From: Octopus sinensis
Lineage: Eukaryota
Direction: 5' to 3'
Assembly: GCF_006345805.1 (NCBI RefSeq)
Contig: NC_043008.1
Coordinates: 47,678,001-47,742,000 of the forward strand
DNA length: 64,000 nucleotides
In this document: positions 12,240 through 26,369 of the stretch, one piece after another
Numbering within the stretch: position 1 is the first letter of the stretch
Layout of the letters: the number at the start of each line of letters is the position of its first letter
The notes under the pieces: generated by a model
What the model was told of the DNA's origin: nothing
The model's database searches: none
The model's input: only the letters and a program-made list of their open reading frames with translations
Translations under genes and position numbers: made by a program

Positions 12240-12802
12240 GTCTATGTATGTATGTATACATGCATGGATTCCATAAAATGCTTTGCATCAACATCTTCCG
12301 TATCAGCATCTAATTGAGTGTAAGAATTTATGTGGAATTCTATCTTATTTATTTCAGCAAACCGTAATTTGTCGAGGCTGGCTATTAACTTTCGCTTGTA
12401 TATTATTTTATTTTGCAATTTAATTTTCAAAAGCAATTATTATTTAATATATACATCTTAAATAGAGATTGTGTGATCAAACTGGCAAAGATAATTATCA
12501 TTTTGGATATATAAAATAAACTTTAAAAAACGTTGTATGTAAATGTAAATGGTATTCATTAATTACGCGAACATATGTATAGGATCAGAAGGCGGATGGT
12601 ATACATATGTAGATGTGTATAAGAATGTATATATTGGGAGTGAGTGAATGAGAGAGGGAATAAGTGAGAGAGAGAGAGAGAGGAATTTGTATATGCAGAT
12701 ATACTGGTATATATGTATGCAGGTGTATACATAAATATATATGCAAATAAATATTTTATTTACAACACAAGACAGGAAAACACTCACACACACACATACA
12801 TA

Positions 12803-12849
<47 letters not shown>

Positions 12850-12881
12850 GGGTGGTTAGTGTGTCTGTTTGTGTGTTGTAA

Positions 12882-12920
<39 letters not shown>

Positions 12921-13378
12921 TGTTATGTATTATTTACGTGTGTGTGTGTGTGTCTGTGTCTGTGTGTGTTCGCGTTTTCATATATAAGTAGAAGAATTTA
13001 CAGCTATTCAGTAAAAGTCGTCCATATTTCTTCCAGCCTACCCTCTTCTCTTGAGATATCTCGCTATGCCTGCTATGCAAAGTTGCAAAGTTGCCTATTC
13101 AGAAATATGTCTTTCGTTTCTATTGGTTGTCTAATAATTCGCCGCAGTACTTAGTTTACAAATACTTAAGGACTATAACAGGCACAATACAATAATTTCT
13201 CAGACATTATCTATAATTTATTTCATACTCTAAATGCAAACCCATGTATATAGATAGATAGATAGTTAATTGTTTGCATTCTGTCATGCGTGTGAGGTAT
13301 TTAATGTATCTCTCTTTTCTCTCTCCCAAGTTATTGCTTTATATATATATATATATAATTATATATATATATATATAT

Positions 13379-13470
<92 letters not shown>

Positions 13471-14768
13471 TCTGTCCATTCGGTCTGTCTGTCTATTAAT
13501 TTCTCTGTCCATCGATTTATTCATCTATTGTTCTCATGTTCATGTATGTGTCTTTGGAAGTGAGAAGTTAGATGTAGCTTTCTATGTCAACTTTACATTT
13601 AACAGTGTAAGTTAAGAATAAAGAACTTAGAAACTATCAAATTAAAACAGAAATATTAGAAAGATATTGATAAAAGCTAACCAAAGAATTGACAGCGCTC
13701 TTGAGATTAGGGGTGTTCCTAAGTTATTTTAAGTTATTTTAATGGTATGACAGAAGTAGTGCTTGCAATATTGTTAACAGAGAAATGAATTATGCAAATG
13801 AAAATATAAAATACAAACGACAAAAACAATAAGCTTCAAAATAATTTCTAATTGTTTCAGTTATTTTTGGTGTGCGTCATCGTAATTTGTGTGAAATGAA
13901 TTTTGTTAAAATCTTTAATGTGAATTGGTATTTTGTTTTCTTTCTTATTCACATGAAGTTAGCTAACTTCTTGTTGGGTCTGCCTCCAAAGTTAAGGATC
14001 CCTATTCTGCTAATTTGTAATCCTCATTAATTATTTAATAATGTAAAATCCTTTGGCAAGATATTGAAATTTTCTGCTGTTTTACGGAGAGGCAGTTTCT
14101 AGAATGGATCGCTATTAATATTTGTTCAAGCATTCGTAGTCCCATCAATAGTTTGAACACGACGTAGTGTATTTTTTTTCTTCATGACTAAAGGAATATA
14201 CATCGCTTGTTAAATAAGTCAGCTGGATGAGCGATAGTTGTTTTTTCTATAACTATGAGATAAATTATATCGAGTATTTATGTAAACACTCTCTAATGAG
14301 CTGACAAGAGATAATTATCTCTGAATTCTAAACAGCTATATTCAGCTATACTTTGAATTTTTGTGACTTTTATTGATATTTTATAAAAAGTGATGAGATT
14401 TGCATGGAACTACAACTAATCTCAAGACCTTAAAATATCCATATCACATACGAAAAGGCTTATGCAGTAGACCTAGGACAGTTTCCAGTATCAAAACCAT
14501 CTGAAAGTGAGAGCGGGATTGAACGAGATAATATCATTTGTTTTCTAATCACATTTTGTCAGTGTATTATAGAGATGGGTTAAGTGTACTTAAAGCTACT
14601 CGGCGTTGTGAGGCAAATTAGTCTGGAGAGAAGATGCAGGCGAAATAATAGAAATCTATCTCATAGCATCAATGTTTTAAATCAATGAAAGCGTTGATTG
14701 GGTAGTTTATTGATGGACAGCAGCTTTCAGATTCGGGAAGAAGACCACCAAGTTGGGACAAGAATCGA

Positions 14769-14877
14769 AGTCATTTACATCGATTCCAGTCATTTACATC
14801 GATTCCAGTCATTTACATCGATTCCAGTCATTTACATCGATTCCAGTCATTTACATCGATTCCAGTCATTTACATCG
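14769..14877. repeat. Perfect 19-bp tandem repeat, about 5.7 copies
   Basis: Unit agtcatttacatcgattcc, with no mismatches between copies. Confidence 0.95.
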
Positions 14878-15035
14878 CCCCCACAAAAAGATGAAAGGCA
14901 AAAACTGAGATCAACTTTACCTTTCATCCATTTGGTATCATTGAAAATAATTGCCAGTTGAGCATTGGGGTTGACGTAATGGCCTTCACTCCCTGCCCCG
15001 ACGTTGCAGGCCTTGTGCCAAAATTTGAAACCAGC
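14878..15035. mobile_element. Head-to-head SINE B halves
   Basis: gatgaaaggcaaa-aactgagatcaac-tttacctttcatc hairpin junction, then a plus-strand 3' half ending gccttgtgccaaaatttgaaacc. Confidence 0.6.
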
Positions 15036-15831
15036 ACATAAAAACTTTAAATTCATTATTCTTTTGAGTAGATATATTATCTTTTATCTTTTATTTGCTT
15101 CCAACATCCGACTGAGGCCATGCTGGAGCACTGCACATGTTTGTTTTCGTAGCTACCTTCTATTTAAAATCCGTCCATCATTTCTTATATTTAGAACCGA
15201 TGTGTTACCACCCACTTACCTCGCAAATCCGTTCCAATTCGATTCTTAATCACTACTATTGTATCTGTTTCACGTTCTCAATGTTGACATCATTCATCAT
15301 TCAACGCTGAGAATTTTAATCATTAACACATGTTTTGTAACAAAAAAATTATACAACTAGACATATAAATAGTTCGGTACATATATAGATATAACCAGAT
15401 ATATAATCATCTCTTATTTTCCTGCCCCATTGCCTTCATTTCTATACACGCCAGCTCAGCTTGATTTATCTCTATTAGTAGAAAGACACCTGTTGTTATT
15501 TGGTTGTTACTTGTATTTGTAATTGTGCAAAATTTTCTCCGTCATTTACTTTTTAGTTTTTTAGGATTTTTTTCTTTGTTGTACATATACGCTTGTATTT
15601 TCACAAAATATTTAACGCTTTTAGCTTAGATTTTTAGGGCCAGCCAGATTTGAACAGTCTCACGTGTAACCGGCCGAAACTGTAAGGATAATCTGGAAAC
15701 TTGTCTGAGGAGAGAATGCCACGAATAGCTCGTCCTTGTTTATTCTTGTCCGTCTTTTTGTTGTTTTTCTTATCCGTGTATCTGTCCGGATGTTTTATTT
15801 GCATCTGTTGTGTTCTTGTTCCATTTTGGGG

Positions 15832-15899
<68 letters not shown>

Positions 15900-16054
15900 A
15901 TAGCTGCATACGTATATTGATATAACTAGACATATAAATAGTCTCATTCATTTATAAATGCCTAAAGACATCGATAACCATAAAATGATACAGAGAAACA
16001 GGAAAAAACTAGATAAATGGCATCAATAAATGTGTATATATATATATATATATA

Positions 16055-16158
16055 CGAATAGACCAGCGAGAGGAGATGTCTTCCTCGGCTTCAAATTGTA
16101 GTATCGTCGTCTCTCCTTAGAGAACACCCATGTTAAAGTTTGGATAAACACTACTACC
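16055..16158. repeat. 104-bp direct repeat, copy 1
   Basis: Identical to 17169-17272 except one base; both copies are flanked by TA runs. Confidence 0.9.
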
Positions 16159-16210
16159 TATATATATACACATAGTGTGGGTATGAATAAAAAGGTACAA
16201 GCCATGAATG

Positions 16211-16241
<31 letters not shown>

Positions 16242-17168
16242 CTTTTCTCTGTAGTTTTCCTTACCTTTAAAAGAATTTTTTCCCTTTTTCTTTTATTTCC
16301 CATGCCTCCTCCATCGTTTCGTAAACCTAAAAGTGCACACGCCAACATACACCTCTGCTGCTTCATACTGTAAACACTCTCACTGTATACAATATACATT
16401 CTTCAATTGAAAACCAATTTTAGCCGCCACGATTCTTCCCCATTCTTTCCTGCTTTCTTCATGCATATATATTTGATTCTCCCCACCCCCTGACCTAAAA
16501 CATTTCCCCACCCTCTTCCATCCACGTAAATATTTCTAATACCAATCCTCTTGCGAACTTCTGTGAGTCGGCCAGAAAAGTCCTTTTGAATATTACCGGT
16601 TAAATGGCCGGGATTAAATTCCTCATTCTTCTCCTTTATATTTTTCCTACTTTTAATCCTTAATCTTTTTTATCCTTATTTCTCTCTCCATACATATTCC
16701 CCTCTCCTATTCTGCTCTCCACACGTTCTGATTGAATCTTCCATGCGTTAACATGTACCACCTTGTGACAATGTAAACTTTCATTTAACCAAAGACACCC
16801 TTGGCCTGAAGAGTAGCTTGCAGTATACACATCGCTTATATATTTATCACTTCTGAGTTTCCACTCTCTATGAAACATTTGTAGCCCGAATCTTATCTAC
16901 TCAATTCCGTAACTCTTGTAATCTTATTCGCATACCCGCAAACCCTGGTCACCTACCATGAAATATAAAAATAACTTTTTTCGGTTTATCATACTTCGAT
17001 ACGAATAGAATCTACAACCTTCCCAATAAACCATTATTGTCCCTGAAAGTTGTTTTTTTATATCTACTTCAGATTGCATGAAGCTAACTTTTTTCCTAAT
17101 TCTCGATCCGTGGTTATTACATTGATATATATATATAATATATATATATATAATATATATTATATATA

Positions 17169-17270
17169 CGAATAGACCAGCGAGAGGAGATGTCTTCCTC
17201 GGCTTCAAATTGTAGTATCGTCGTCTCTCCTTAGAGAACACCCATGTTAAAGTTTTGATAAACACTACTA

Positions 17271-17272
<2 letters not shown>
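17169..17272. repeat. 104-bp direct repeat, copy 2
   Basis: See 16055-16158. Confidence 0.9.
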
Positions 17273-17309
<37 letters not shown>

Positions 17310-17342
17310 TATATATATATCTATATATATATATATTATATA

Positions 17343-17386
<44 letters not shown>

Positions 17387-17435
17387 GTATATATATGTAT
17401 ATATATAATATATATATATATATAGTATATATATA

Positions 17436-17475
<40 letters not shown>

Positions 17476-17485
17476 GTATATATAT

Positions 17486-17527
<42 letters not shown>

Positions 17528-17648
17528 CACGAACCCTTCTGTGCCCTTAATTATAATTGTAGTTTATATTATTATAAATCTTTATATAGAGAGATATATA
17601 TTATATATACATGTACACACACATAATATACATATATGTATATATATG

Positions 17649-17682
<34 letters not shown>

Positions 17683-17707
17683 ATATACATATACGTATAT
17701 GTATATG

Positions 17708-17749
<42 letters not shown>

Positions 17750-17780
17750 TATACATATATACGCAGTTTATATATACATA
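17273..17780. repeat. Long interrupted (TA)n region
   Basis: About 500 bp dominated by TA. Confidence 0.9.
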
Positions 17781-20700
17781 TGTGATGTGTGAATGTGTGT
17801 ATGTGTGTGTGTGTGTAAATGTTCCCCAAAATAATATTGCACTTCATGTTTGAGGCTCCGATGAAGCTGTAGAGTGATGCACAAGCATTCAACTATTAGA
17901 GCATTGCATCTCATAGCAGAAACAGCTGTTAGCCATTGAAGATCACGTCATAACTGGTTATTCCTTTGTGGTTCTTATCTTTTAAATATACATACATAAA
18001 CGCGCGGACACATACACACATATATTCTTATTGTTGTATTTGTTTATCTCTTCATAATAACATTTTCCGTTGTTTCCGGGAGATAAATGTATATAATTTA
18101 ACGACGCTCGACTTTTATTTAATGTGTGGAAACATTATATCATTGAATATAAATTGCAATATGTCATCCTAATCACAATTTAAAGTTTGTCTTCAGGGGT
18201 GTTTTATACAGATGATAAGTCATTCATTCTAGAAAGAGGCAATATAATATACTGTATACTATATAATTGCATTGTCAATTTTATCGCGCCTGCAGGAAGA
18301 TGAACGCTTAGAATATACAAACAGAACTTAAATGAAGTAATTCTGGAGACACATCGGAATAGCAGAATGTGGCGTTCACTTTTGATGGTATGATAGAGAA
18401 TGTAGTGGTAAATATGACGATAATTCTGGCTTCCAATGCGAGACAAATCTTTGAAAAATAATTCCTTATCCGGGAAGCAGAAATAAAATTTAAAATCAAG
18501 AGGTTTTATTTTTACGCTGGAAGTCGAAGTAGAGGAAGTTACATATCATAGCGCGTGGATATTGAGCTTTTCAGAGGAACTCGGTTCCACGTTTACTTTA
18601 AGAATTGCAGGCGTTCTTACATTGTGTCAAAGCAATTCTTTGAATTTCTGTCTCTTTTAGAAACGTTATTCTCAGCAGCGAATATTTTTCTCCTACCGTT
18701 TCTCACAAAACCTTTTCACTTTTAACTTTAATCACTTGATGAAAGCAAGGCAAATCTAAATTATAAATAGTTACAGGCGAAAATTCACTGATGCATTTGT
18801 AGGACGTTTATGGTATGAGTTGTTAAATTGACTGTAAAAGAGAAGAGAATCGGGAGAGGAAAGACTTTGTTGTATTTGAGAGAAGAGGATCTTGAGGGAT
18901 GGGCGGAAAAAATAAAGGATACGGAAAAGAAAAGGAGAAGAAAGAAAGAAAGAAAAATAACTGAATGAATGAATGGAGGAATGAATGAAGAAATGAATGA
19001 ATGAAATATTGCTTGCTAGAGGAGAAAAGGAAATACTACGTGAGGACGAAAGAATAAAGATAGAAAGAGAGGAAATGTAGCGAAACGAAAGAGGGCCTGA
19101 AATGAAGGAAGAAACAAGGGAATAATTAAAAGAGAAAGAAAATGTTAAAAGATAAGTAAAGAAAGATTAAAGAGAAGCGAATGTGTTCATATAAAGATGT
19201 AGGGAAAGAAACAGAAAGAAGAGGGATAAAAATAGCATTAAAGGCTGCAATGAAATTGGTTGGAAATGTATTGTCCATTGATGAGTAACATAATGAGAGA
19301 TATATATTGAAGAGAGGAGGAAAGACTTGGGGCTACGAGGTCGTTGATTACTCGAAGAAAGGCAGGCATCAAATAAGAAGGGCGAGTGGAGTGATAGAGG
19401 AAGTGCAATGTATGACAAGTGCTAGAAAATGTATGATCGGAGTATTTGCTCAGATCAATCAATAATAAGGAAATTACAGATCGGAATTAATGATAGGCTG
19501 TAGGGAAACCAGTCGTTTATATCAACTTCAGTACCTGACAGCTGGTTTATGATATCGACTACGAAATGTTGGGAGGTAAAGGTGACACCGGTGGCTTCCA
19601 ATCGCAGATTGTTTAACGTCAGAGCATTATATCTGTAAGTTTAAAATAACAAAAGAATTAACTATGGAGGAATAAATTAGGTTGAGTGTGAAGAGGATTA
19701 ACGCGCAGTAAGTTCAATCAAATTCAAAGGATTAACTGCAAATATAAAATTGAAGAATGCAAAATAGGAAATGGAATTTTCTAAAATACGCTGTGTTGGG
19801 GTTAGGGACCATTTGTAAAGAGAATTGAAAAAAGGTATTTAGTTATTATTCAGAGTAAAGGTAAATAAGAACACAGACAACATGACTCGGGAATTCTTCA
19901 GAGTTATGGAACAATATCTTCGAAGATTTATGTTCTACAGTTTTTACAAGTAACAACGAATTCTTTAAAAATTCCAAACTATCTGCGAATATCTATATGG
20001 CAAATTTCGAAATATTTTTTCTCTTATATTTAACCTTTTTTTTTGTATACTTTAGATTTTCAAGAAAAAACCCAATAATGATAATTTCATTTTATCCCTA
20101 TAGACAATATTCCACTCCATGAAGAAAATGTCGATAGCCAGCTGGGAAATGTTTCATTCTACAATGTACTGTACCATGTTTTCACAATGTGTCCATAACA
20201 GCGGCACAAATATTTTCTTATCGCTGTAATTTATAAGTTTATACCGCGGCACCATCACGTGTCTTATCATAATTATAACAGAGTAGGGGATGTTATTTGA
20301 AAATAATGTGAAATAATCTGCTATATTTTCACTACCTGATGACAATATGCTAATAAGCTAACCTTAGCTCTAATTGGCTATTATATACCAGCATTAAATA
20401 CCCACTCCTACTCCACAATTAATTAAGATTCATTGATTTCCAGTTCATAAACTATGTAAAAATATACAAATATTTATTGTCATGCCTCTTTTGTTACAGC
20501 AATATTGACACAAAGTGAGTTGTGCCTCCCATTTTATGCCATCAGTTTTCTGCTTTGGTATTTCTTAAAGGTTATTTTTGCGTTTTATGATTTCTTCCAT
20601 TAAATATCACTAGTGAAAATTTCTTATCTCTCAAAAGTATGAACATGTTCATTGTTTCATAAAACCAGGAATATTTCAATAGAAGCATTTTTGACTTCCA

Positions 20701-21904
20701 GTGTCTGGAAAATATGCATTTGAACTATTTATACCCATTATATATCAGTGAGGTAGCGATGATATAAAGTTGAACACTGCTAGATATAGTTCAAAACAGC
20801 CACAATGAAAATATATATTTACTAATAATCGCCACATAACCAGACTTGCTCTTTTACCTGTAAATCAAAGGTTGAGAATTTTCTAGAAATTACAACATAT
20901 TACCAAATGTATTCGCTGTGATCATACTTTATATCCACATTTCACCTTTCTATTTCCTGATTAGTATATATATATGCACTGATATTTTCTATTACATACC
21001 ACCTGCTATATAAAATAAATCAATAACACCCCTCTATATCAAACAACTTCTCTATATCTATGTGTGACTATAAATCTAATTTTTACAGCGATATACTGAA
21101 AGCATATATTGTTTGCTTTCTGTAAGCCCACTACTAAGTTCATATTTATGTAAGCCACCATAGCTAACGACACAAAGATATATTGCAAGCTAAATATAAT
21201 CTAAATTGAATAGGAGACGTGTACCGGGGAAATGCAAATTAGATTTATTTTATATTATTTTGTATTATTATGTTCAAAAGGCTTTTATGCGGGAGACAAA
21301 TCACCCGTGTAAGATACTGAGTACAGAGTGGTACGTTAGAGGTGTAATGTTGACTGAGAAAATGTAATGCGCTGGAACCTGTTCTCCAGACTGGTGCTAC
21401 TAATCGATTAAAGAATTTTGGGAGGAAAATGGTATTAATGGAAGGAATTAGATAGGTAATATATGGAAATCAATGTATATTATCAGCAAAACAAATATAA
21501 AATATAGACACAAGTGGTTCCATGCACAAGAATATATCCTGGGGAATTAGATTGAAAGCTATTAGGAGTTCGTTTCAAGAAACTACGCTTATTTTTATAG
21601 CGAGTTACGTGTCATTTTTAACAGATATTCTATTAAGATATAGTTCGTCTACTTTACATTTAGGATCAAATGGAGAATAAGCTGATTTAGTGTCCGACTC
21701 GGTTGACACTTGTCATGTTGTTTCGGTTTTGTTTAAGAGTCTTGCTCATTATATTTTACTGACGTATGCACCAGACCCATTATCATAGCTGCACGTTTTC
21801 GAAGTCATTATTTCCCAATTTTTAAATATTTATGCCACACATTACAGAAATAGACTTGAATCTTTTACAAACGTGTTAGGGCGTTATATATATATATCAT
21901 TCTA

Positions 21905-21927
21905 TAGATAGATATATAGATAGATAA

Positions 21928-21973
<46 letters not shown>

Positions 21974-21990
21974 GATAGATAGATAGATAG

Positions 21991-22050
<60 letters not shown>

Positions 22051-22085
22051 CGGACAGATAGATAGATATACATATATATATAAAT

Positions 22086-22116
<31 letters not shown>

Positions 22117-22149
22117 AATATATATATATATAATATATATATATATATA

Positions 22150-22182
<33 letters not shown>

Positions 22183-22200
22183 ATTATATATATATATATA
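21905..22200. repeat. (GATA)n followed by (TA)n
   Basis: Compound microsatellite. Confidence 0.9.
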
Positions 22201-23189
22201 TAATGCCCTAAATCTTTGTGTAATGGAGGCAAAATGCCAATAGTCTGTTACGCTCCAGTTTGCTCCAGTTTCTTTTTCTTGTGTGTTGTCGATTGGGACA
22301 AGGAATAACAAGTATTGAAATAATTTATTTCACTCATTGCTATATTATCGAAATAACTCAAAATTCTTTACCCAGTGGCAGATAACTTGTTTTCTCCAAT
22401 ATCGTATGAAGAAACGTTGATTCGCATCATAAATACTCTCGTTAGAATTTACTTTCTAAAGCCGTAGCAATGTAAAATAGATATTTCTACAGAGTTGTGT
22501 GTTTGGAAGCGGGATAATGATTAATTCCCAACTATCTCGAGATAAAGGTCTCTTCAGACAGAATTCTTAGATAATGTCCTTATTAAGAATAATACATTGA
22601 TAACGCTGATGGATGTTACAAAATTAGGAAAGTGTTAAGTGTGTATCTAGCGATAGTTATTAGATTTGACCACACTGGGATTATGTTATCAAAACCAAAA
22701 ACGTTCCATGTAAAATCTTCATTATTCAAACAAAATTATCAACAAATATATCAGCCTCTCATAATTGCAATTAAGTCTCCTTAGCATAATTTACTATCTA
22801 CGATTCATTAGACCTCTTACAATCGAATTATTCCACTCATGCACGTCTCTAAATACGAATACATCTAACTTTGATAATGTCATTCATCCTAATTAGTAAG
22901 ACAATGATAATTTAAATGATTATAATGAACTCTTCAAATTCTAATTTATTAAGAATGAGGGAAATCAGATAATTCATGATTTACAGAATTCGTTGTTACC
23001 CGTGAGTTCAAAAATCTGTAGAATTATATCTCAGAAAGGGTTATTGTTTTACTTATGATGGACTCTGCCGTCGTTAGGAGCCGTATGAGGGTTCGATAAT
23101 TTATTACCGAACAACAACACAGATGATTTGTTTATTGGGATCAAACGTTTGAGTAGACATAACCTCACACCCTCCATCAGATCGACATT

Positions 23190-23355
23190 ACCTGTACAGG
23201 TGCAACGGGATGCCACATGTCACATGAAGAAATGAACGCAGAGCAACGTGAAAAGAAGTGCTTTGCTCAAGTACACAACGCAACAACCGGTCTGTGAATC
23301 GAACCCACGATCTCGCAATCGGGAGTGCTACACGTTAACCACAGAGCCATGCGCC
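23190..23355 (-). mobile_element. tRNA-derived SINE family C, 5' part
   Basis: Reverse complement ggcgcatggctctgtggttaac...gggttcgattc...ttgagcaaagcacttcttttcacgttgctc matches the head at 52672. Confidence 0.7.
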
Positions 23356-23397
23356 TTCATATACATAGAAAGAGATATCTATGTGTGTGTGTATGTA

Positions 23398-23429
<32 letters not shown>

Positions 23430-23477
23430 CAACGAAGTTCAATGTTATGACTGGTCATATAGTGACCATTGTTTTCG

Positions 23478-23962
23478 CACCTGTAAAGCGCTTAGATGAA
23501 TCGCGACGCTTTGAAGCGTTTGGGGAAAGACATTTGGCGAAAGCGACCGGATCTGTGGAGTAGAAAGAATTGGATTCTTCATGACGTCAATGCAGCCTGG
23601 CAGCAAGCTGTCCTCACTCGTGAGCTTCTCGCCAGAAACAACATGGTGTCACTTCCACACCCGCGTTATTCGACAGGTCAAGCACCTGTCGACTTCCATC
23701 TCTTCTTCTCCACGATGAAAATGCAGCTCAAAGGTCGCCGTTTTAACCCCGTTGTCAAGATCAGGAGTGAATAGCAGAATGTTCTCGACTCACTCACGGA
23801 AAACGACATCCGGACCGGATTCCAAATGTGGCAGGAACGCTGAGACCGGTGCATTGCTATGCAAGCGGACTATTTCGAAGGAGACGATGTTAAAACTTTG
23901 GTAAATCAGTTATTTTTTTATCAAACATAACTAATCTGGGAACTTTTTGATACTACCTCGTA
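23478..23962 (+). mobile_element. Mariner (DD34D-type) transposon, 3' fragment with right TIR; decayed transposase
   Basis: DALKRLGKDIWRKRPDLWSRKNWILHDVNA..RELLARNNMVSLPHPRYSTGQAPVDF..MKMQLKGRRF (HDNA and YSPDLAPxD motifs decayed), then FQMWQER*DRCIAMQADYFEG. Ends gggaactttttgatactacctcgta followed by TA. Confidence 0.9.
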
Positions 23963-25672
23963 TATACACAGAAGAGAGAGAGAGAGAGAGAGAGAGTGAG
24001 AGAGAGAGAGAGAGAGTGAGAGAGAGAGAGAGAGTGAGAGAGAGAGAGAGAGAGAGATGTGATATACTAAACGTTCCACTTGGTATAATATAGTTTTGTA
24101 ACAAATAGTTGATTGGTTTCTCGATGACGTTATTTAAAGACAGTGGCAATAGGTTCTCCGTTTCACTTTAAAAAGAGTCAACTTTATTTTTTTTTGAAAT
24201 CCTCGCTTCAATCAACTTCCACGCCAAAATGAAAAAAATTGTCATTATCTAAATGTATGGAAAAATCTTTTTCTGAATATCGGTTCATGAATTTCCGTCT
24301 AGTTTTATGGATTAATTATATTGTGTTGATTACACATCACTAATGAATAATTAGTTTCGGGCAGAAAACTGAAAATCGCCTTTTATTTTCATTCGAAATA
24401 TTTAATATTCCTCGGGGATGTTATATGTATACGTAGGCAAGCACACACACACACATACATAAATGTTCACGCATATGCATATATTTATGCAAATATACAC
24501 ACGTGTGTGTGTGCAAAAACAATTTACATATAATTATTATAGCTTAGATAATTTCAAAACCTATTACCCTGTATTTCTCAATAACATTAAAAGTAATTTG
24601 CTTTGTTCAAATCAACACTCACAGACAAAGCGAATATTTAGAACTTCGCTGTGATTAGAATTTCAATGAATTTCCCAAATCTGGCACTATAATGCGAGCC
24701 ATGATCTGTCCTCAGCCTCATCTTTCGGAACAAGCGTTTCTGATCCGACCACTCCCATTCAAGACCCCGCCTGGTTAATCCTGGCTATCATCACATTAAC
24801 TTTAATTCTATTGGCACACTAGCAAGGAAACAAAGACAAGAACAGTAGTACAATTACGACGGACATTTGGCGTTGAAACTTCTACGAGGAATTTGTATCC
24901 AATTAGACATTTGTGGTGAGATCGTTTAACTGACGTTACCTAATTAGTATCATGTGTATCAACAACTGATTAACATTGATAATTGCATTCTCAGCACTGC
25001 CTTCATTTAGAATTACACAACAAAAGTCTGGATTATCAAGCTGAGATTATTTCCTGATTTTAGAAATAAATGGAGTTTTTCTTCTTCCGCTGTTTGTAAC
25101 TATAAATCTAAGGAGAAAAGAAACCACAAATATCACAAGAAAATCTTATCCGACTTTTAAAATAACGAAACGAAAAGAAAGTCCAAATTTATTTTGTTTT
25201 TCCTTCCATTATCAATCATTGTCAGTGAAGACTGAACTTACATTGTAAAACGATGCGAATAGTATTTATTTATTCATACAAGTGATATTTCTTGTATTGA
25301 AAAGGTCGCATACAACAGTAATTTCAACGGTTACTTTAATACATTATGCGTGAGTAGCTATATTCACGTAAGTGTGCTTGTATATGTCTGTGGTTGCATG
25401 TGTGTGTGAAAGGGCGTCGCTATGTTGTCTGCGTATATATGCGCTGTTTACTTGAGATATTTTGATGCGTATCTCATACACCTTCATCTTCATATTATAG
25501 AAGAGTCTTCAATTTGTGTGGCAGGTTCAGCAGTAAATCATGCACAATAAACACGTATGCGTCGATATACATGCTTCTCTATATTTCTGAGTAAGTCCTT
25601 TCCATATATGTATGGGTGCGTGTGCGTGTGGGCATGTGCGTGTGCGCGTGTGCGTGTGTGTGTGTGTATTCA

Positions 25673-25985
25673 TAGGCGCTGGACTGCTGTGTAGTAAGAA
25701 GGAAGTTTGCTTCCCAACAACAGGGTTCCGGGTCCAGTCCCAATGCGTGGCAACTTGGGCAAGTGTCTTCTACTATAGCTTCGGGCTGACCAAAGTCTTG
25801 TGAGTGGATTTGGTAGACGGAAACTAAAAGAGGCCGTTCGTAATATGTATGTATATATTTGTGTGTCTTTGTGTCTGTCCCCCACCACCGATTGACAACC
25901 GGTGCTGGTGTGTTTACGTCCCAGTAAATTAGCGGTTAAGCAAAAGAGACCGATAGAATAAGTGCCAGGATTTAAAAATAATAAG
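25673..25985 (+). mobile_element. SINE family A
   Basis: cttgggcaagtgtcttctactatagc...gtgagtggatttggtagacggaaact core shared with 41657. Confidence 0.8.
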
Positions 25986-26369
25986 TTCGACTAATATATA
26001 TATGTATATATATATAGCCAGAAAAGAACTGTAAGATCGTGTGGGGATGAAACGAAATTTCCCATAAAATGCACCAACGAAAGGAACCAGCTTTGGCCTT
26101 TTTATATGGAGAAATTCCTGTTTTCCCGATTCTAATTAATATGTGTGGTACTAAGAATGCTTCTTTTTTACGAAATGAATCTTTTTTATTTTCACATATA
26201 ACACATAAACATTTACATCTTTTAGAACATTGTCATTTTATAAGATTTTGCTGGCAAATTCTTTAAATTAAAATAAACATTTATTTACATGAAAGAAAAT
26301 TACCGGAGAAATTTCATCTAATCGTTCCAAATATTTCTATGGAAACCGTATTGAAACCATTTGTGGAGA

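Noticed and set aside
15700-15740. Hammerhead-like CUGAGGA..CGAAUAGCUCGUC
   Set aside because: Incomplete GAAA and no supporting helices.
24670-24822. Short hydrophobic ORF (PAWLILAIITLTLILLAH*), or integrase-like RTDHGSHYS on the minus strand
   Set aside because: No start codon or splice support, and only a single weak motif in each case.
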